DNA of 64,000 bases from an uncultured bacterium (GTDB taxonomy: Bacteria > Oederibacteriota > PGYV01 > CAWJRG01): positions 448,001 to 512,000 of the forward strand of contig CAWJRG010000009.1 of assembly GCA_963845185.1 (NCBI GenBank). The letters are read 5' to 3'. Position 1 is the stretch's first letter, and every line of letters begins with the position of its first letter. This document shows, one piece after another, positions 28,307 to 43,300 of this stretch. A program made the translations under genes and the position numbers. The notes beneath the pieces are model-generated. The model made no database searches and was not told where the DNA came from. It saw nothing but the letters and a program-made list of their open reading frames with translations.

Positions 28307-31300
28307 TTGTCTTTAACGACTGATTTGACATTGATAAAAAGCAGAGCGAAGAATAAAAAGGGGAAAATAACCGGCATTATTACTTTTGCAATTATAATTT
28401 TTCTTTCATTTTTACCCCTCCATATTTTTGCTGCCATTACAGAAGGCGGTCAAGCCAGCGGAACTGGTACTGGAACTGTCAATATTGGCTATACAGTCAG
28501 TACTAATGACAATAGGATATTGATAGTTTCAGTAGGCGTAATGAATGGCTCTGCGGGGGATCACATAAACACTGTCACATATAATGGGACTGCTTTAACC
28601 TTTTTAAATAGAATAGTGTCGAATGCCACACTTGCTGGCATTGATGGAGAAATTTGGTACATGTTAAATCCTCCAAGTGGAGGGCCATACAATGTGATTG
28701 TAACAGATCTTGTCGTTACCGGTGGTCCGAGAATTGTCGCGGGTGTAACAGAATATGACGGGGTAGTTGGAATAGGCAATAATGCGTTTAAAAACACGAA
28801 CGCTATTACTAATACATTAACGGATACTCTTGCTATTCAATACGCAGGGGACTTGATTACAGGTATTTTTTCTATGAGAAATGGTACCACGCCTATTACA
28901 TTCACAACTCCGGCTGGCAATAATTTAGAGTGGAATATAACATCCGCAGCAGGGTTTATAGCTGGCTCCGAATATGATATAGATGAAGCCAATCCCGGGA
29001 CATATTCTACAATTTATACTTCATCAAATGTAACCAATTGGTGCGTAGCGGGTGAGGTCGAATTATTAAATCCAACACCGACACCAACATGGACGCCGAC
29101 AAATACACCAACATGGACGCCGACAAATACGCCGAATTTGACACAAACCGAAGCTGCTACTGAGACACAGGTGGCAGAGACAGCGACCGAGCAGGCGCAG
29201 GAAACAGAAACTGCGGCAATGCAGCAGACACAGACAGAAATGGCAAACGAGACAGCGACAGCTGCAGTACAACAGACGCAGACTGAGGTAGTGCAGGAGA
29301 CAGCGACAGCTGCAGTACAACAGACGCAGACAGAGGCAGCGAATGAAACAGCCACAGCAATCATACAAGTTACACAGACAGAAATAGCGCAGGAAACAGC
29401 AACAGCAGCAGTGCAGCAGACACAGACTGAGGTAGCACAGGAGACAGTGACAGCTGCAGTACAACAGACGCAGACAGAGGCAGCAAATGAAACAGCGACA
29501 GCAATCATACAAGTTACGCAAACAGAAATAGCAAACGAGACAGCAACGGCTGCGGTACAACAGACGCAGACTGAGGAAGCAAACGAGACGGCGACAGCAG
29601 CAGTACAGCAGACGCAGACCGAGGTAGCGCAGGAGATAGCGACAGCTGCAATTCAGCAGACGCAGACCGAGGTAGCGCAGGAGACAGCGATAGCAGCGGT
29701 GCAGCAGACGCAGACCGAGGTAGCGCAGGAGACAGCGATAGCAGCGGTGCAGCAGACGCAGACCGAAATAGCGCAGGAGACAGCAACAGCTGCAGCAGTA
29801 GCAACACAGACAGAAGTGGCGCAGGAAACAGCAACAGTAGCAGTGCAGCAGACACAGACAGAAGTAGCGCAGGAAACAGCAACAGCAGCAGTACAGCAGA
29901 CACAAACAGAAGTAGTACAGGAGACAGCAACAGCGGCAGTGCAACAGACACAGACAGCCGTGGTACAAGCAACTGAGACAGCCGTGGCGGGTCCGCTGAT
30001 TGTCAATTCTGACGCTGACGACGATGGGATGCCGGGAAGCGTAACCCCCGGGGCCAATACTTTAAGGCAATGCATAAATGCTGCAAACACCAGGACTGGG
30101 CCGGTAACAATATATTTTGATCAAAGTATTTCAAATACTGTCATAAATTTAAAAGCAAGTTTGCCTTATATTTCCAGCCCAAACATCACAATAGATGGCC
30201 AGGGCAACAGCATTACTGTAAATGGCAATAGCTACGATATATTCTCCATAACTTCGAATAATGATAACATATTCAATTTGGCAATTGTAGGCGGCTATAA
30301 TGGCGTGGATATAAGCGGTTATAATGGGGGCGTATATTCCAATATTATATCAGGGTGCAGGATTGGCATTGACTGGAACAACAATATTTCCTGGCCGAAT
30401 TTCAACGGCGCAGTTATAGAAGGTGGAGCCTCTGAAAACCAGATAGGCATGAGAACAGCAGGCACGGCATACGGCAATATTATTTCCAACAATACAAGCG
30501 ACGGCGTGCTTATAGACGCATCCGATAATAACTGGGTGCTTAATAATTTTATCGGCACAGACTCTACAGGCATGATAGCTATGCCAAACCGGTTAAACGG
30601 CGTGCATGTGAGATACGTATCATACAACAATTCGATTGGATATTATGACCCAGGCACCGGTAATATGGGCAATATAATATCAGGAAACAGCAATGACGGG
30701 ATTTTGATTAGCGAGTACTCTTTTAACACAGGCGTATTCGCAAATGTCATTGGCGGTAACGCAGGGGTATTAACAGGAGACAGCGGCTCGGCAGGCACAT
30801 TGCCGAACGGGTACAACGGGGTTGAAATAAGCCAGTCGGACTCCGTTAGTAACGCTGAAGATTACACAGGCATCGGCGGTTTTGACCCTGACACAGACTT
30901 ATACGACCAGCCGGGAAACACAATAATAGCAAATTCATCAAGTGGCATACATATTACAGATAGCTCATCATTGGTTTATGCCGGCAACAACTCAATAGGA
31001 ATAATGTTTGGAAATATGTCTGCAGGCAACGGCGAGACGGGAATAGCAATCGATGGCGGCGCCTATGATAATTATATAAATTCAAACCTGATAAGCGGGC
31101 AAACCAATGAGAATGCCGTAGGTATTGAAATTAACGGCTCAAACGATTATGTAACCTCGAATATCATAGGGCTTGACGCGTCAGCAAGCAACCCTGTACC
31201 AAACTTCGAAGGAGTATACCTTTTAAATGCGAGTGGGATACAAGTCGGAGAACAGGGTAATACAGCGGCTGCCAATGTAATAGCAGGGAATATGACGCAG

Positions 31301-34300
31301 GGCATTTTGCTTGATGGAGGAGATTCTAATGGAATATACTGCAATTATATAGGTACAGACTCAAATCGGGATTTCGGTTTGGGCAATTCAGTGGGCATAG
31401 CATTCATAAATGGAGCAACAGAAAATGAAATGGGAAGTAACGTAGGTTCGGGCGATGAAAACTATATACTGTATAACACTGTAAAAGGGATACAGGTAGG
31501 CAGCAGCGCGTCAGACATAGGGACAATGTTCAATTATATTAATTCAAATTATATTTCCGGCAATAACGGGCTTGGAATAGACCTTGGCAACGACGGCATA
31601 ACGGTCAACGGCAGTGAGACTCCGCCGGGGCCGAATAACTGGACATATTACCCGATAATCGCCAATGCATATATGTCAGGGCCGAATACTTTACATGTTG
31701 ACGGCGACACAAATATCACTGATGGATATAATATGGGCGTCATCATTGGGATATCGGACAAAGACGGACAACAGGGACACGGCGAATGCCCGCAACCAAT
31801 TGCCTATGTGGCAGTGACGGGCGGGGCGTTCAGCGCTGATATAGACACAAGCGCATTTGGCGATTTAACAGGCATGGCAATAACAAGTTATAACATACAT
31901 ATTAACGGTTCTTCTGAATTCTCGGCAAATACGACGGTATTAGCGCCACAGGCAACACAGACAGCTGCAGTCCAGCAGACGCAGACTGAAGTAGCGAATG
32001 AGACTTCAACAGCGATAGTAGTAGCAACGCAGACAGCGGCGGTTCAGCAGACGCAGACTGAGGTAGCGAATGAAACAGCAACAGCAGCAGTACAGCAGAC
32101 ACAAACAGAAGTAGCAAATGAGACAGCTACGGCAATAGTAGTAGCAACACAGACAGCAGCGGTCCAGCAGACACAAACCGAGGTAGCAAACGAGACCGCT
32201 ACAGCGATAGTAGTAGCAACACAGACAGCAGCAGTCCAGCAAACGCAGACTGAGGTAGCAAACGAGACCGCAACGGCGATAGTAGTAGCAACACAGACAG
32301 CAGCAGTCCAGCAAACGCAGACCGAGGTAGCGCAAGAAACAGCAACAGCAGCAGTACAGCAGACACAAACAGAAGTAGCAAATGAGACAGCTACGGCGAT
32401 AGTAGTAGCAACACAGACAGCAGCAGTCCAGCAAACGCAGACTGAGGTAGCAAACGAGACCGCAACAGCGATAGAAGTAGCAACACAGACAGCAGCGGTC
32501 CAGCAGACACAGACCGAAGTAGCAAACGAGACCGCAACAGCGATAGTAGTAGCAACACAGACAGCAGCGGTCCAGCAGACACAGACCGAAGTAGCAAACG
32601 AGACCGCTACAGCGATAGTAGTAGCAACACAGACAGCTGCGGTCCAGCAGACACAAACAGAAGTAGCAAATGAGACAGCTACGGCAATAGTAGTAGCAAC
32701 ACAGACAGCTGCAGTCCAGCAGACGCAGACTGAAGTAGCGAATGAGACAGCAACAGCGATAGTAGTAGCAACGCAGACAGCAGCAGTCCAGCAGACGCAG
32801 ACTGAAATAGCGAATGAGACAGCAACAGCGATAGTAGTAGCTACGCAGACAGCGGCAATGCAGCAGACGCAGACTGAAATAGCGAATGAAACCGCTACAG
32901 CGATAGTAGTAGAGACATCGACAGCAGCGGTCCAGCAGACGCAGACTGAAGTAGCGAATGAGACTTCAACAGCGATAGTAGTAGCAACACAGACAGCAGC
33001 AGTCCAGCAAACGCAGACTGAGGTAGCAAACGAGACCGCAACAGCAATAGTAGTAGCAACACAGACAGCAGCAGTCCAGCAAACGCAGACCGAGGTAGCG
33101 CAAGAAACAGCAACAGCAGCAGTACAGCAGACACAAACAGAAATAGCGAATGAGACAGCTACGGCGATAGTAGTAGCAACACAGACAGCAGCAGTCCAGC
33201 AAACGCAGACTGAGGTAGCAAACGAGACCGCAACAGCGATAGAAGTAGCAACACAGACAGCGGCAGTCCAGCAGACGCAGACTGAAGTAGCAAACGAGAC
33301 CGCAACAGCAATAGTAGTAGCAACACAGACAGCAGCAGTGCAGCAGACACAGACTGAAATAGCGAATGAGACAGCTACAGCGATAGTAGTAGCAACACAG
33401 ACAGCTGCAGTGCAACAGACGCAGACTGAGGTAGCAAACGAGACCGCAACAGCAATAGTAGTAGCAACACAAACAGCTGCAGTGCAACAGACGCAGACTG
33501 AAGTAGCGAACGAGACAGCTACAGCGATAGTAGTAGCAACGCAGACAGCAGCAGTGCAGCAGACGCAGACTGAGGTAGCGAACGAGACAGCTACAGCGAT
33601 AGTAGTAGCAACGCAGACAGCGGCGGTTCAGCAGACGCAGACTGAGGTAGCAAATGAGACAGCTACAGCGATAGTAGTAGAGACATCGACAGCAGCGGTC
33701 CAGCAGACGCAGACTGAAGTAGCGAATGAGACTTCAACAGCGATAGTAGTAGCAACGCAGACAGCGGCGGTTCAGCAGACACAGACCGAGGTAGCAAACG
33801 AGACCGCAACAGCGATAGTAGTAGCAACACAGACAGCGGCAGTCCAGCAGACGCAGACTGAAGTAGCAAACGAGACCGCAACAGCAATAGTAGTAGCAAC
33901 ACAGACAGCAGCGGTCCAGCAGACACAGACCGAGGTAGCAAACGAGACCGCAACAGCGATAGTAGTAGCGACACAGACAGCGGCAGTCCAGCAGACGCAG
34001 ACTGAAGTAGCAAACGAGACCGCAACAGCAATAGTAGTAGCAACACAGACAGCAGCAGTGCAGCAGACGCAGACTGAAATAGCGAATGAGACAGCTACAG
34101 CGATAGTAGTAGCAACACAGACAGCGGCGGTTCAGCAGACGCAGACTGAGGTAGCGAATGAAACAGCAACAGCAGCAGTACAGCAGACACAAACAGAAGT
34201 AGCAAATGAGACAGCTACGGCAATAGTAGTAGCAACACAGACAGCAGCGGTCCAGCAGACACAAACCGAGGTAGCAAACGAGACCGCAACAGCGATAGTA

Positions 34301-37300
34301 GTAGCGACACAGACAGCGGCAATCCAGCAGACAGAGACTGAAGTAGCAAACGAGACCGCAACAGCAATAGTAGTAGCAACACAGACAGCAGCGGTCCAGC
34401 AGACGCAGACTGAAGTAGCGAATGAGACAGCAACAGCGATAGTAGTAGCAACGCAGACAGCTGCAGTGCAACAGACACAGACTGAGGTAGCAAACGAGAC
34501 CGCTACAGCGATAGTAGTAGCAACGCAGACAGCTGCAGTGCAACAGACACAGACTGAGGTAGCAAACGAGACCGCTACAGCGATAGTAGTAGAGACACAG
34601 ACAGCTGCAGTCCAGCAGACGCAGACTGAAATAGCGAATGAAACCGCTACAGCGATAGTAGTAGCAACACAGACAGCTGCAGTCCAGCAGACGCAGACTG
34701 AGGTAGCAAACGAGACCGCTACAGCGATAGTAGTAGAGACATCGACAGCTGCAGTCCAGCAGACACAGACTGAGGTAGCAAACGAGACCGCTACGGCAAT
34801 AGTAGTAGCAACACAGACAGCTGCAGTCCAGCAGACGCAGACTGAGGTAGCGAATGAGACCGCAACAGCGATAGTAGTAGCAACGCAGACAGCAGCAGTG
34901 CAACAGACACAGACTGAGGTAGCAAACGAGACCGCAACAGCAATAGTAGTAGCAACACAGACAGCAGCAGTCCAGCAGACGCAGACTGAAATAGCAAATG
35001 AGACCGCTACAGCGATAGTAGTAGAGACATCGACAGCAGCGGTCCAGCAGACGCAGACTGAAGTAGCGAATGAGACCGCTACAGCGATAGTAGTAGAGAC
35101 ACAGACAGCAGCGGTCCAGCAGACGCAGACTGAAATAGCGAATGAGACCGCTACAGCGATAGTAGTAGCAACACAGACAGCTGCAATCCAGCAGACAGAG
35201 ACTGAAGTAGCGAATGAAACCGCTACAGCGATAGTAGTAGAGACATCGACAGCAGCGGTCCAGCAGACGCAGACTGAAATAGCGAATGAGACCGCAACAG
35301 CGATAGTAGTAGAGACACAAACAGCTGCAGTGCAACAAACGCAGACTGAGGTAGCAAACGAGACCGCAACAGCAATAGTAGTAGCAACACAGACAGCAGC
35401 GGTCCAGCAGACGCAGACTGAGGTAGCAAATGAGACCGCAACAGCGATAGTAGTAGCAACGCAGACAGCAGCAGTCCAGCAGACGCAGACTGAAGTAGCA
35501 AACGAGACCGCTACAGCGATAGTAGTAGAGACATCGACAGCAGCGGTCCAGCAGACGCAGACTGAAGTAGCAAACGAGACCGCAACAGCAATAGTAGTAG
35601 CTACGCAGACAGCGGCAATCCAGCAGACGCAGACTGAAATAGCAAACGAGACCGCTACAGCGATAGTAGTAGCAACACAGACAGCGGCGGTTCAGCAGAC
35701 GCAGACTGAGGTAGCGAATGAAACAGCAACAGCAGCAGTGCAGCAGACGCAGACTGAAGTAGCGAATGAGACAGCAACAGCGATAGTAGTAGCTACGCAG
35801 ACAGCGGCAATCCAGCAGACAGAGACTGAAGTAGCAAACGAGACCGCTACAGCGATAGTAGTAGCTACGCAGACAGCGGCAATCCAGCAGACAGAGACTG
35901 AAGTAGCAAACGAGACCGCTACAGCGATAGTAGTAGCAACGCAGACAGCTGCAGTGCAACAGACACAGACTGAGGTAGCAAACGAGACCGCTACAGCGAT
36001 AGTAGTAGAGACACAGACAGCTGCAGTCCAGCAGACACAGACTGAGGTAGCAAACGAGACCGCTACAGCGATAGTAGTAGAGACATCGACAGCTGCAGTC
36101 CAGCAGACGCAGACTGAAATAGCGAATGAAACCGCTACAGCGATAGTAGTAGAGACATCGACAGCAGCGGTCCAGCAGACGCAGACTGAAATAGCAAACG
36201 AGACCGCAACAGCGATAGTAGTAGCAACGCAGACAGCTGCAGTGCAACAGACACAGACTGAGGTAGCAAACGAGACCGCTACAGCGATAGTAGTAGAGAC
36301 ATCGACAGCAGCGGTCCAGCAGACGCAGACTGAAATAGCGAATGAGACCGCTACAGCGATAGTAGTAGAGACATCGACAGCAGCGGTCCAGCAGACACAA
36401 ACAGAAGTAGCAAATGAGACAGCTACGGCAATAGTAGTAGCAACACAGACAGCAGCAGTGCAGCAGACGCAGACTGAAATAGCGAATGAGACAGCAACAG
36501 CGATAGTAGTAGCTACGCAGACAGCGGCAATCCAGCAGACAGAGACTGAAGTAGCAAACGAGACCGCTACAGCGATAGTAGTAGCAACACAGACAGCTGC
36601 AGTCCAGCAGACGCAGACTGAAATAGCGAATGAGACCGCTACAGCGATAGTAGTAGCAACACAGACAGCTGCAGTCCAGCAGACGCAGACTGAAATAGCG
36701 AATGAAACCGCTACAGCGATAGTAGTAGAGACATCGACAGCAGCGGTCCAGCAGACGCAGACTGAAATAGCGAATGAGACCGCTACAGCAATAGTAGTAG
36801 AGACACAAACAGCTGCAGTGCAGCAGACGCAGACTGAAGTAGCGAACGAGACCGCTACAGCGATAGTAGTAGAGACATCGACAGCAGCGGTCCAGCAGAC
36901 ACAGACCGAGGTAGCAAACGAGACCGCTACAGCGATAGTAGTAGAGACACAGACAGCTGCAGTCCAGCAGACGCAGACTGAAATAGCAAATGAGACCGCA
37001 ACAGCGATAGTAGTAGCAACGCAGACAGCGGCAGTCCAGCAGACAGAGACTGAAGTAGCAAACGAGACCGCTACAGCGATAGTAGTAGAGACATCGACAG
37101 CAGCGGTCCAGCAGACGCAGACTGAAATAGCAAACGAGACCGCAACAGCGATAGTAGTAGCAACGCAGACAGCTGCAGTGCAACAAACGCAGACTGAGAT
37201 AGCAAACGAGACCGCAACAGCAATAGTAGTAGCAACACAGACAGCAGCAGTCCAGCAAACACAAACAGAATTAGTACAGGAGACACAAACAGCAATCATA

Positions 37301-40300
37301 CAAGCTACACAAACAGCTATAGTTCAGGCTACGCAGACAGCTTTGGCGGGTCCGCTGATAGTAAATGTTGACGCTGACGACGACGGGTTGCCTGGCAGTG
37401 TAACCCCAGGGGCCAATACTTTAAGGCAATGCATAAATGAGGCTAACACCAGAACAGGACCGGTATCAATATCTTTTGACACGATTATCGCGGGCACAAC
37501 AATAACTTTAACAACCGGTGATTTGCCGCTTATTTCTAACGCAAACATTACTTTGACAATCGATGGCGGGAATAATAATATTACTATAAACGGCAATGGC
37601 AATAATATATTTAATATAACCTCAAACAATAACGTCATATATAACTTGGCAATGATAAACGGCATTCAGGGCGTCCTGATAAGCGGAACAGGCGCGTACA
37701 GCAATATAATATCCGAATGCAGGATCGGCGTTGACTGGAACAACAACGCTGGGGCCAACACAAATGGTGTGGTTATTAATAATGGAGCGGATGAAAACCA
37801 GATAGGTATGTATGTTTTGGGTATGGCATATGGGAATATTATTTCCAACAATACAAACGATGGCGTACTTATAGACGGGGCAAATGTTAACTGGGTGCTG
37901 AATAATTTTATTGGCACAGATCCAACCGGAATGTCACCTATGCCAAATGGAGCAAATGGCGTGCATTTGACGAACGGAGCATTTAATAATACGATTGGAT
38001 ATTACGACCCGAGTACCGGTAACATGGGGAACTTAATATCAGGCAACGGCTATGATGGGATTTTGATTGAAAACGGTGCTGAAGACACAGGAGTATTTAC
38101 AAATATCATTGGCGGAAACGTAGGCGTATCAACGGAAAATATCGGTTCGGCAGGCACATTGCCGAACGGCTACAACGGAATTGAAATTAGCGGAGTGGAC
38201 GCAGAGGATGACGGCGCTGATTATACAGGCATCGGCAATTACGACCCGGATACCATGGCTTACGATCAGCCGGGCAATACAATAGTAGCCAATGCTAATA
38301 GCGGCATATACGCTACAAACAACTCATCGTGGGTTTATACCGGCGGGAACTCAATAGGCGTAATGTTCGGGAACATGGCTGCGGGAAACGTCCAGGCTGG
38401 AATATCAATTGATTCCAACTCATATGACAACTATATAAATTCAAATTTGATAAGCGGGCAAAGCAGTGAAAACGCCGTGGGTATTGAAATAAACTCTTCA
38501 ACGGGTTGCAATATATATAGTAATATTATAGGGCTTGACGCACCGGCAAGCGTTCCTGTGCCAAACTTCGAAGGAATATACCTTTTAAACGCAAGTAATG
38601 TGCAAGTCGGGCAGCAGGGCAATACAGCGGCTGCCAATATAATAGCAGCGAATATGACACAGGGCATTTTGTTTGACGGCGGAAGTTCTAATGGAATATA
38701 TGGAAATTATATAGGCACAGACTTATATCTGGATTCCGGCCTGGGCAATTCAGAGGGAATAGCATTTATAGATGGAACAACTAACAATGAAGTTGGAGGA
38801 GGCGTAGGTTCGGGCGATGAAAATTATATACTGTATAACACTGTAAAAGGGATACAGATAGGCAGCAGCGCGTCAGATATAGGGACAATGTTCAATTATA
38901 TTAATTCAAATTATATTTCCGGCAATAACGGGCTTGGAATAGACCTTGGCAATGACAGCATAACGGTCAACGGTAGTGAAACGCCGCCGGGGCCGAATAA
39001 CTGGACATATTACCCGACAATCGCCAATGCATATATGTCAGGGCCGAATACTTTGCATATTGACGGCGACACAAATATCACGGATGGAAATAATATGGGC
39101 GTCGTCATCGGGATATCCGACAATGACGGGCAACTGGGCAGCGATAATATGAACCACGGCGAAAGCCCGCAACCGCTTGCCTATGTGGCTGTGACAGGCG
39201 GCACATTCAGCGTTGATATAGACACAAGCGCATTTGGCGATTTATCAGGCATGGCAATAACAAGTTATAATATACATAATAACGGTTCTTCGGAATTCTC
39301 GGCAAATATGACGATATTATCTGCACCAGTAGCTACACAGACAGAGGTGGCGAATGAGACAGCTACAGCAATAGTGCAAGCTACACAAACAGCTGTGGTA
39401 CAGGCAACGCAGACCGCGGTAGTAGCGGGTACACAGACGGCAGTAGTAGTAGCAACACAGACTGAGGTAGCGAATGAGACAGCAACAGCAATCATACAGG
39501 CAACGCAGACAGCGGCAGTGCAGCAGACACAAACAGAAGTAGCGAACGAAACAGCTACAGCGATAGTGGTAGCGACGCAAACAGCTGCGATACAACAGAC
39601 GCAGACCGAGATAGCAAATGAGACTGCGACAGCGATTGTAGTAGCAACGCAGACAGCTGCGGTACAGCAGACGCAAACAGAAGTAGCGAATGAGACAGCT
39701 ACAGCAGCAGTCCAGCAAACGCAGACTGAGGTAGCGAATGAGACAGCTACCGCAATAGTAGTAGCAACACAGACAGCAGCGGTCCAACAGACACAGACAG
39801 AAGTAGCGAATGAGACAGCTACAGCGATAGTAGTAGCAACGCAGACGGCTGCAGTCCAGCAAACACAGACAGAAATAGCGAATGAGACATCAACAATAGT
39901 TGCACAGGCGACACAGACAGCAGCGGTCCAGCAGACACAAACAGAAGTAGCGAACGAAACAGCTACAGCGATAGTGGTAGCGACGCAAACAGCTGCGATA
40001 CAACAGACGCAGACCGAGATAGCAAATGAGACTGCGACAGCGATTGTAGTAGCAACGCAGACAGCTGCGGTACAGCAGACGCAAACAGAAGTAGCGAATG
40101 AGACAGCTACAGCGGCAGTCCAGCAAACGCAGACTGAGGTAGCGAATGAGACAGCTACCGCAATAGTAGTAGCAACACAGACAGCAGCGGTCCAACAGAC
40201 ACAGACAGAAGTAGCGAATGAGACAGCTACAGCGATAGTAGTAGCAACGCAGACGGCTGCAGTCCAGCAAACACAGACAGAAATAGCGAATGAGACATCA

Positions 40301-43300
40301 ACAATAGTTGCACAGGCGACACAGACAGCAGCGGTCCAGCAGACACAAACAGAAGTAGCGAACGAAACAGCTACAGCGATAGTGGTAGCGACGCAAACAG
40401 CTGCGATACAACAGACGCAGACCGAGATAGCAAATGAGACTGCGACAGCGATTGTAGTAGCAACGCAGACAGCTGCGGTACAGCAGACGCAAACAGAAGT
40501 AGCGAATGAGACAGCTACAGCGGCAGTCCAGCAAACACAAACAGAAGTAGCGAATGAGACAGCTACAGCGGCAGCCCAGCAAACACAAACAGAAGTAGCA
40601 AACGAGACCGCAACAGCAATAGTAGTAGCAACGCAGACAGCTGCAGTGCAACAAACGCAGACTGAGATAGCAAACGAGACCGCAACAGCAATAGTAGTAG
40701 CAACACAGACAGCAGCAGTGCAGCAGACGCAGACTGAAATAGCGAATGAGACCGCAACAGCGATAGTAGTAGCAACGCAGACAGCTGCAGTGCAACAGAC
40801 ACAGACTGAAGTAGCAAACGAGACCGCAACAGCAATAGTAGTAGCAACACAGACAGCTGCAGTCCAGCAGACGCAGACTGAAGTAGCGAATGAGACAGCT
40901 ACCGCGATAGTAGTAGCAACACAGACAGCGGCAGTACAGCAGACGCAGACTGAAGTAGCGAATGAGACTTCAACAGCGATAGTAGTAGCAACACAGACAG
41001 CAGCAGTGCAGCAGACACAGACTGAAGTAGCGAATGAGACAGCTACAGCGATAGTAGTAGCAACACAGACAGCGGCAGTCCAGCAGACGCAGACTGAAGT
41101 AGCGAATGAGACTTCAACAGCGATAGTAGTAGCAACACAGACAGCAGCAGTGCAGCAGACACAGACTGAAGTAGCGAATGAGACAGCTACAGCGATAGTA
41201 GTAGCAACACAGACAGCGGCAGTCCAGCAGACGCAAACAGAAGTAGCGAATGAGACAGCTACAGCAGCAGTACAGCAAACGCAGACTGAGGTAGCGAATG
41301 AAACAGCTACAGCAATAGTAGTAGCAACGCAGACAGCAGCAGTCCAGCAAACGCAGACTGAGGTAGCAAACGAGACCGCAACAGCGATAGTAGTAGCGAC
41401 ACAGACAGCTGCAGTCCAACAGACAGAGACTGAAGTAGCGAATGAGACAGCTACAGCGATTGTGCAAGCAACGCAGACAGCTGCAGTCCAGCAGACAGAG
41501 ACTGAAGTAGCAAACGAGACCGCAACAGCAATAGTAGTAGCAACACAGACAGCTGCAGTCCAGCAGACGCAGACTGAAGTAGCGAATGAGACAGCTACAG
41601 CGATAGTAGTAGCAACGCAGACAGCAGCAGTCCAGCAGACAGAGACTGAAGTAGCGAATGAGACAGCTACAGCGATTGTGCAAGCAACACAGACAGCAGC
41701 GGTCCAGCAGACGCAAACCGAAGTAGCTAATGAGACTTCAACAGCGATAGTAGTGGCTACGCAGACAGCAGCAGTCCAGCAGACACAGACCGAGGTAGCC
41801 AACGAGACCGCAACAGCAATAGTAATAGCGACAAATACAGAGATAGCAAATGAGACAGCTACAGCAATCATACAAGGTACACAGACAGCAGTGGTCCAGC
41901 AGACGCAGACAGAGATAGCGAACGAGACAGCTACTGAACAGTCAAATGAAACGGCTACCCAGGCAGCGGCGTCTCCGACTATAACAATGACGGAAACAGT
42001 AACGCTTACAATTACAATAACTCCGACATATACAATAACAGAAACAATAACAGTATCGCCGACCACAACGCAGACAAAGACATACATACAATCCTGCTGG
42101 GACAGCAATACACTGCACCACTGGGATTGTTTTAATACATCAGGCGGCAAGCTTGTTGACGATTTGGCAGGTGCAAACGCGCCTATAACAGGCACGCTGG
42201 CGTTCTCAAATACAATAGTGCCTCCGCACGCGTGGGCAGTTGGAAGCTGCTCGGCGCAGTCAAACGTGAGCAATTATTTCAGCCTGCCGATAAACGACGA
42301 GATGGCAGGCATGACCGCGTTCCAGATAGACTTTGACGTGTACATGCAGGCATCAGCAGACCAGTTCCAGGGATTCTTCTCAAAAGGCACGTATTATGAC
42401 GGGAACAGGTTTGAAAGCGACATGGACACAAGCACAGGTAACTGGAGATACTTCATAACCGGCCAGGGCGGGCAGGTAATGTCAGATGTATGGGACGCGG
42501 GCACGCAGGACAGCACGTGGCACCATGTCATAATAAGCTGGGACGGGACGAACTTCAACGGGTACTGGGACGGGATACATTATATAGTAAACGTGCCGTC
42601 AGGGAACCCGTTCGTTAATGGAGATACCAATACATGGAACTGGGCAATAGCAGACGCGTCATTTGTAGGCGGGAACCTTACATTTAAGGGTTACGTATCA
42701 GAAATAATAATATCAAACAAAGACAGGGGCGGAGTGGCCAATGCGCCGGTATGCGCGTACCCGACATTCACCATGACAAGGACCATAACGCCGAACGTAT
42801 CAGCGACAGCGACGCCTTCTATTACGCTTACACAGACACAGGTAATATCGGCAACACCGACATACACGGCGACAGGGACAGAGACGGAATTTGTGTCTGA
42901 AACGACTACATACACGGCAACCGAATCGCCGATAGCATCTGAAACTCCGACATATACAATAACGCAGACAATCACAGTATCGCCGACCACAACGCAGACA
43001 AAGACCTATATACAATCCTGCTGGGACAGCCATACCCTGCACCACTGGAATTGCTATAATACATCAGGCGGCGCGCTTGTGGACGACATTGCAGGAGCAA
43101 ACGCCACAATAGCAGGCACGCTGGCGTTCTCAAGCGGCATATTGCCGCCGCATTCGTGGGCAGTGGGAAGCTGCTCGGCGCAGTCAAACGTGAATAATTA
43201 TTTCAGCCTGCCTGTAAACGACGAGATGGCAGGCATGACCGCGTTCCAGATAGACTTTGACGTGTACATGCAGGCATCAGCAGACCAGTTCCAGGCATTT

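Noticed and set aside
31950..37345. Possible CRISPR array or diversity-generating retroelement template
   Set aside because: Units are contiguous with no unique spacers, variation is mostly at third codon positions, and no cas or reverse transcriptase gene is present.
29014..42273. Long minus-strand ORFs (e.g. 33734-37264 Cys/Tyr-rich 1176 aa; 39265-42273 1002 aa; 35692-37299)
   Set aside because: Antisense shadows of the tandem repeat, which happens to lack stops in those frames; no start signals or plausible composition.
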